A stretch of 64,000 bases of DNA from Lingula anatina. Its lineage: Eukaryota > Animalia > Brachiopoda. A program made the translations under genes and the position numbers. The DNA is taken from assembly GCA_051362555.1 (NCBI GenBank), contig CM120642.1:33108001-33172000 (forward strand), written 5' to 3'. Below the pieces are notes generated by a model. It saw only the letters and a program-made list of their open reading frames with translations, made no database searches and was not told the origin of the DNA. Below are positions 63,235 through 64,000 of the stretch, piece by piece. Position 1 is the stretch's first letter. Each line of letters starts with the position of its first letter.

Positions 63235-64000
63235 CAAGATGGTTAGCCTTGCTTGGAATATCAATCCTGTTTCATCTATTCCCCATAGGGACAGTAAAGC
63301 AAACAAAACCCGCGTTACCAACACTGGTTTCTTTCCATTGAACAGTCTTAAATTTCCTCCTTTTTTTCACTTCCTTTGTTAAACTAGATTATTTCCTGCA
63401 AATGTGAAGATTGTTCGTTCAGTTCAATAGTTGCTTCACTAACACTGCTGCTGTATCAGAGAGGTTACCCGGGAGACAATTCCACACATTCACGCACACT
63501 GGGGAGTCGCGAGAGGACTAGGCAAACTTCACCCAACTTAAGACAAACATTGCTTTTGAGCGTCTCAGCTATCCAAATTACTTATCACAATGAATCCTTA
63601 TGTCAATTGCGGCAGACGTTTACTCCATCAACCGTATACTTGAGTTAACGGGAGTGGAGGGATAATTCTGAGCTTAAATGCCTTGTTTTAGTGTCCTTAC
63701 AGATGTAACTGTTCCTGCTGATTGAATAACCCTCAGGTCTGTAACTATCTGCTGTATATTGATTAGTCTATTGATTTTCTATCATAGACGGCTCCTCTAA
63801 AATAAGGTCATTTAGAGATTCTTTATCACCTCCCTGTGTCGCAGATCTAGTGTGATGTCCCCAGTGATAACAGCATATCCACCAGGAACGCACTAATCCC
63901 TTGTGACAATTTTCACCAAGAGCGTGATTTATATCTCCTCCTCTTCAATGGCCTAGTGGACGGTAGTTACCCTAACAAATGTACTGACAAGCTGGGAACC

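Noticed and set aside
63966-63979. GTTACCCTAACAAA as an X-box for the 62404-63234 gene
   Set aside because: The second half-site is degenerate and it lies at the window edge; not enough support.

Overview
AT-rich, intron-rich animal genomic DNA; gene content and repeat types suggest a lophotrochozoan invertebrate such as a mollusc (inference). In order: (1) the 3' 38 coding exons of an ARAP gene (PH-PH-ArfGAP-Ank-PH-PH-RhoGAP-RA-PH, + strand, 113-17880, 5' end outside the window); (2) four intronless paralogous FMRFamide-receptor-like class A GPCRs, two on - then two on +, made by inverted and tandem duplication; (3) a young 935-bp foldback transposon with an 8-bp target-site duplication just upstream of (4) a 7-exon FMO5-like flavin monooxygenase whose intron 4 holds a satellite-bearing Helentron/HINE-type element; (5) a divergent TMEM26-like gene (-) with RFX X-boxes upstream; (6) the last four coding exons of an NCS-1/frequenin gene (-) whose N-terminal exons I could not find in the window; (7) two paralogous uncharacterised genes (-) with repeated V[ED]R[LIV]TxPTxAS motifs, apparently nested in that NCS-1 intron. 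No tRNA, rRNA or CRISPR was recognised. Exons were derived by hand from GT-AG boundaries and frame continuity; no database search was run.
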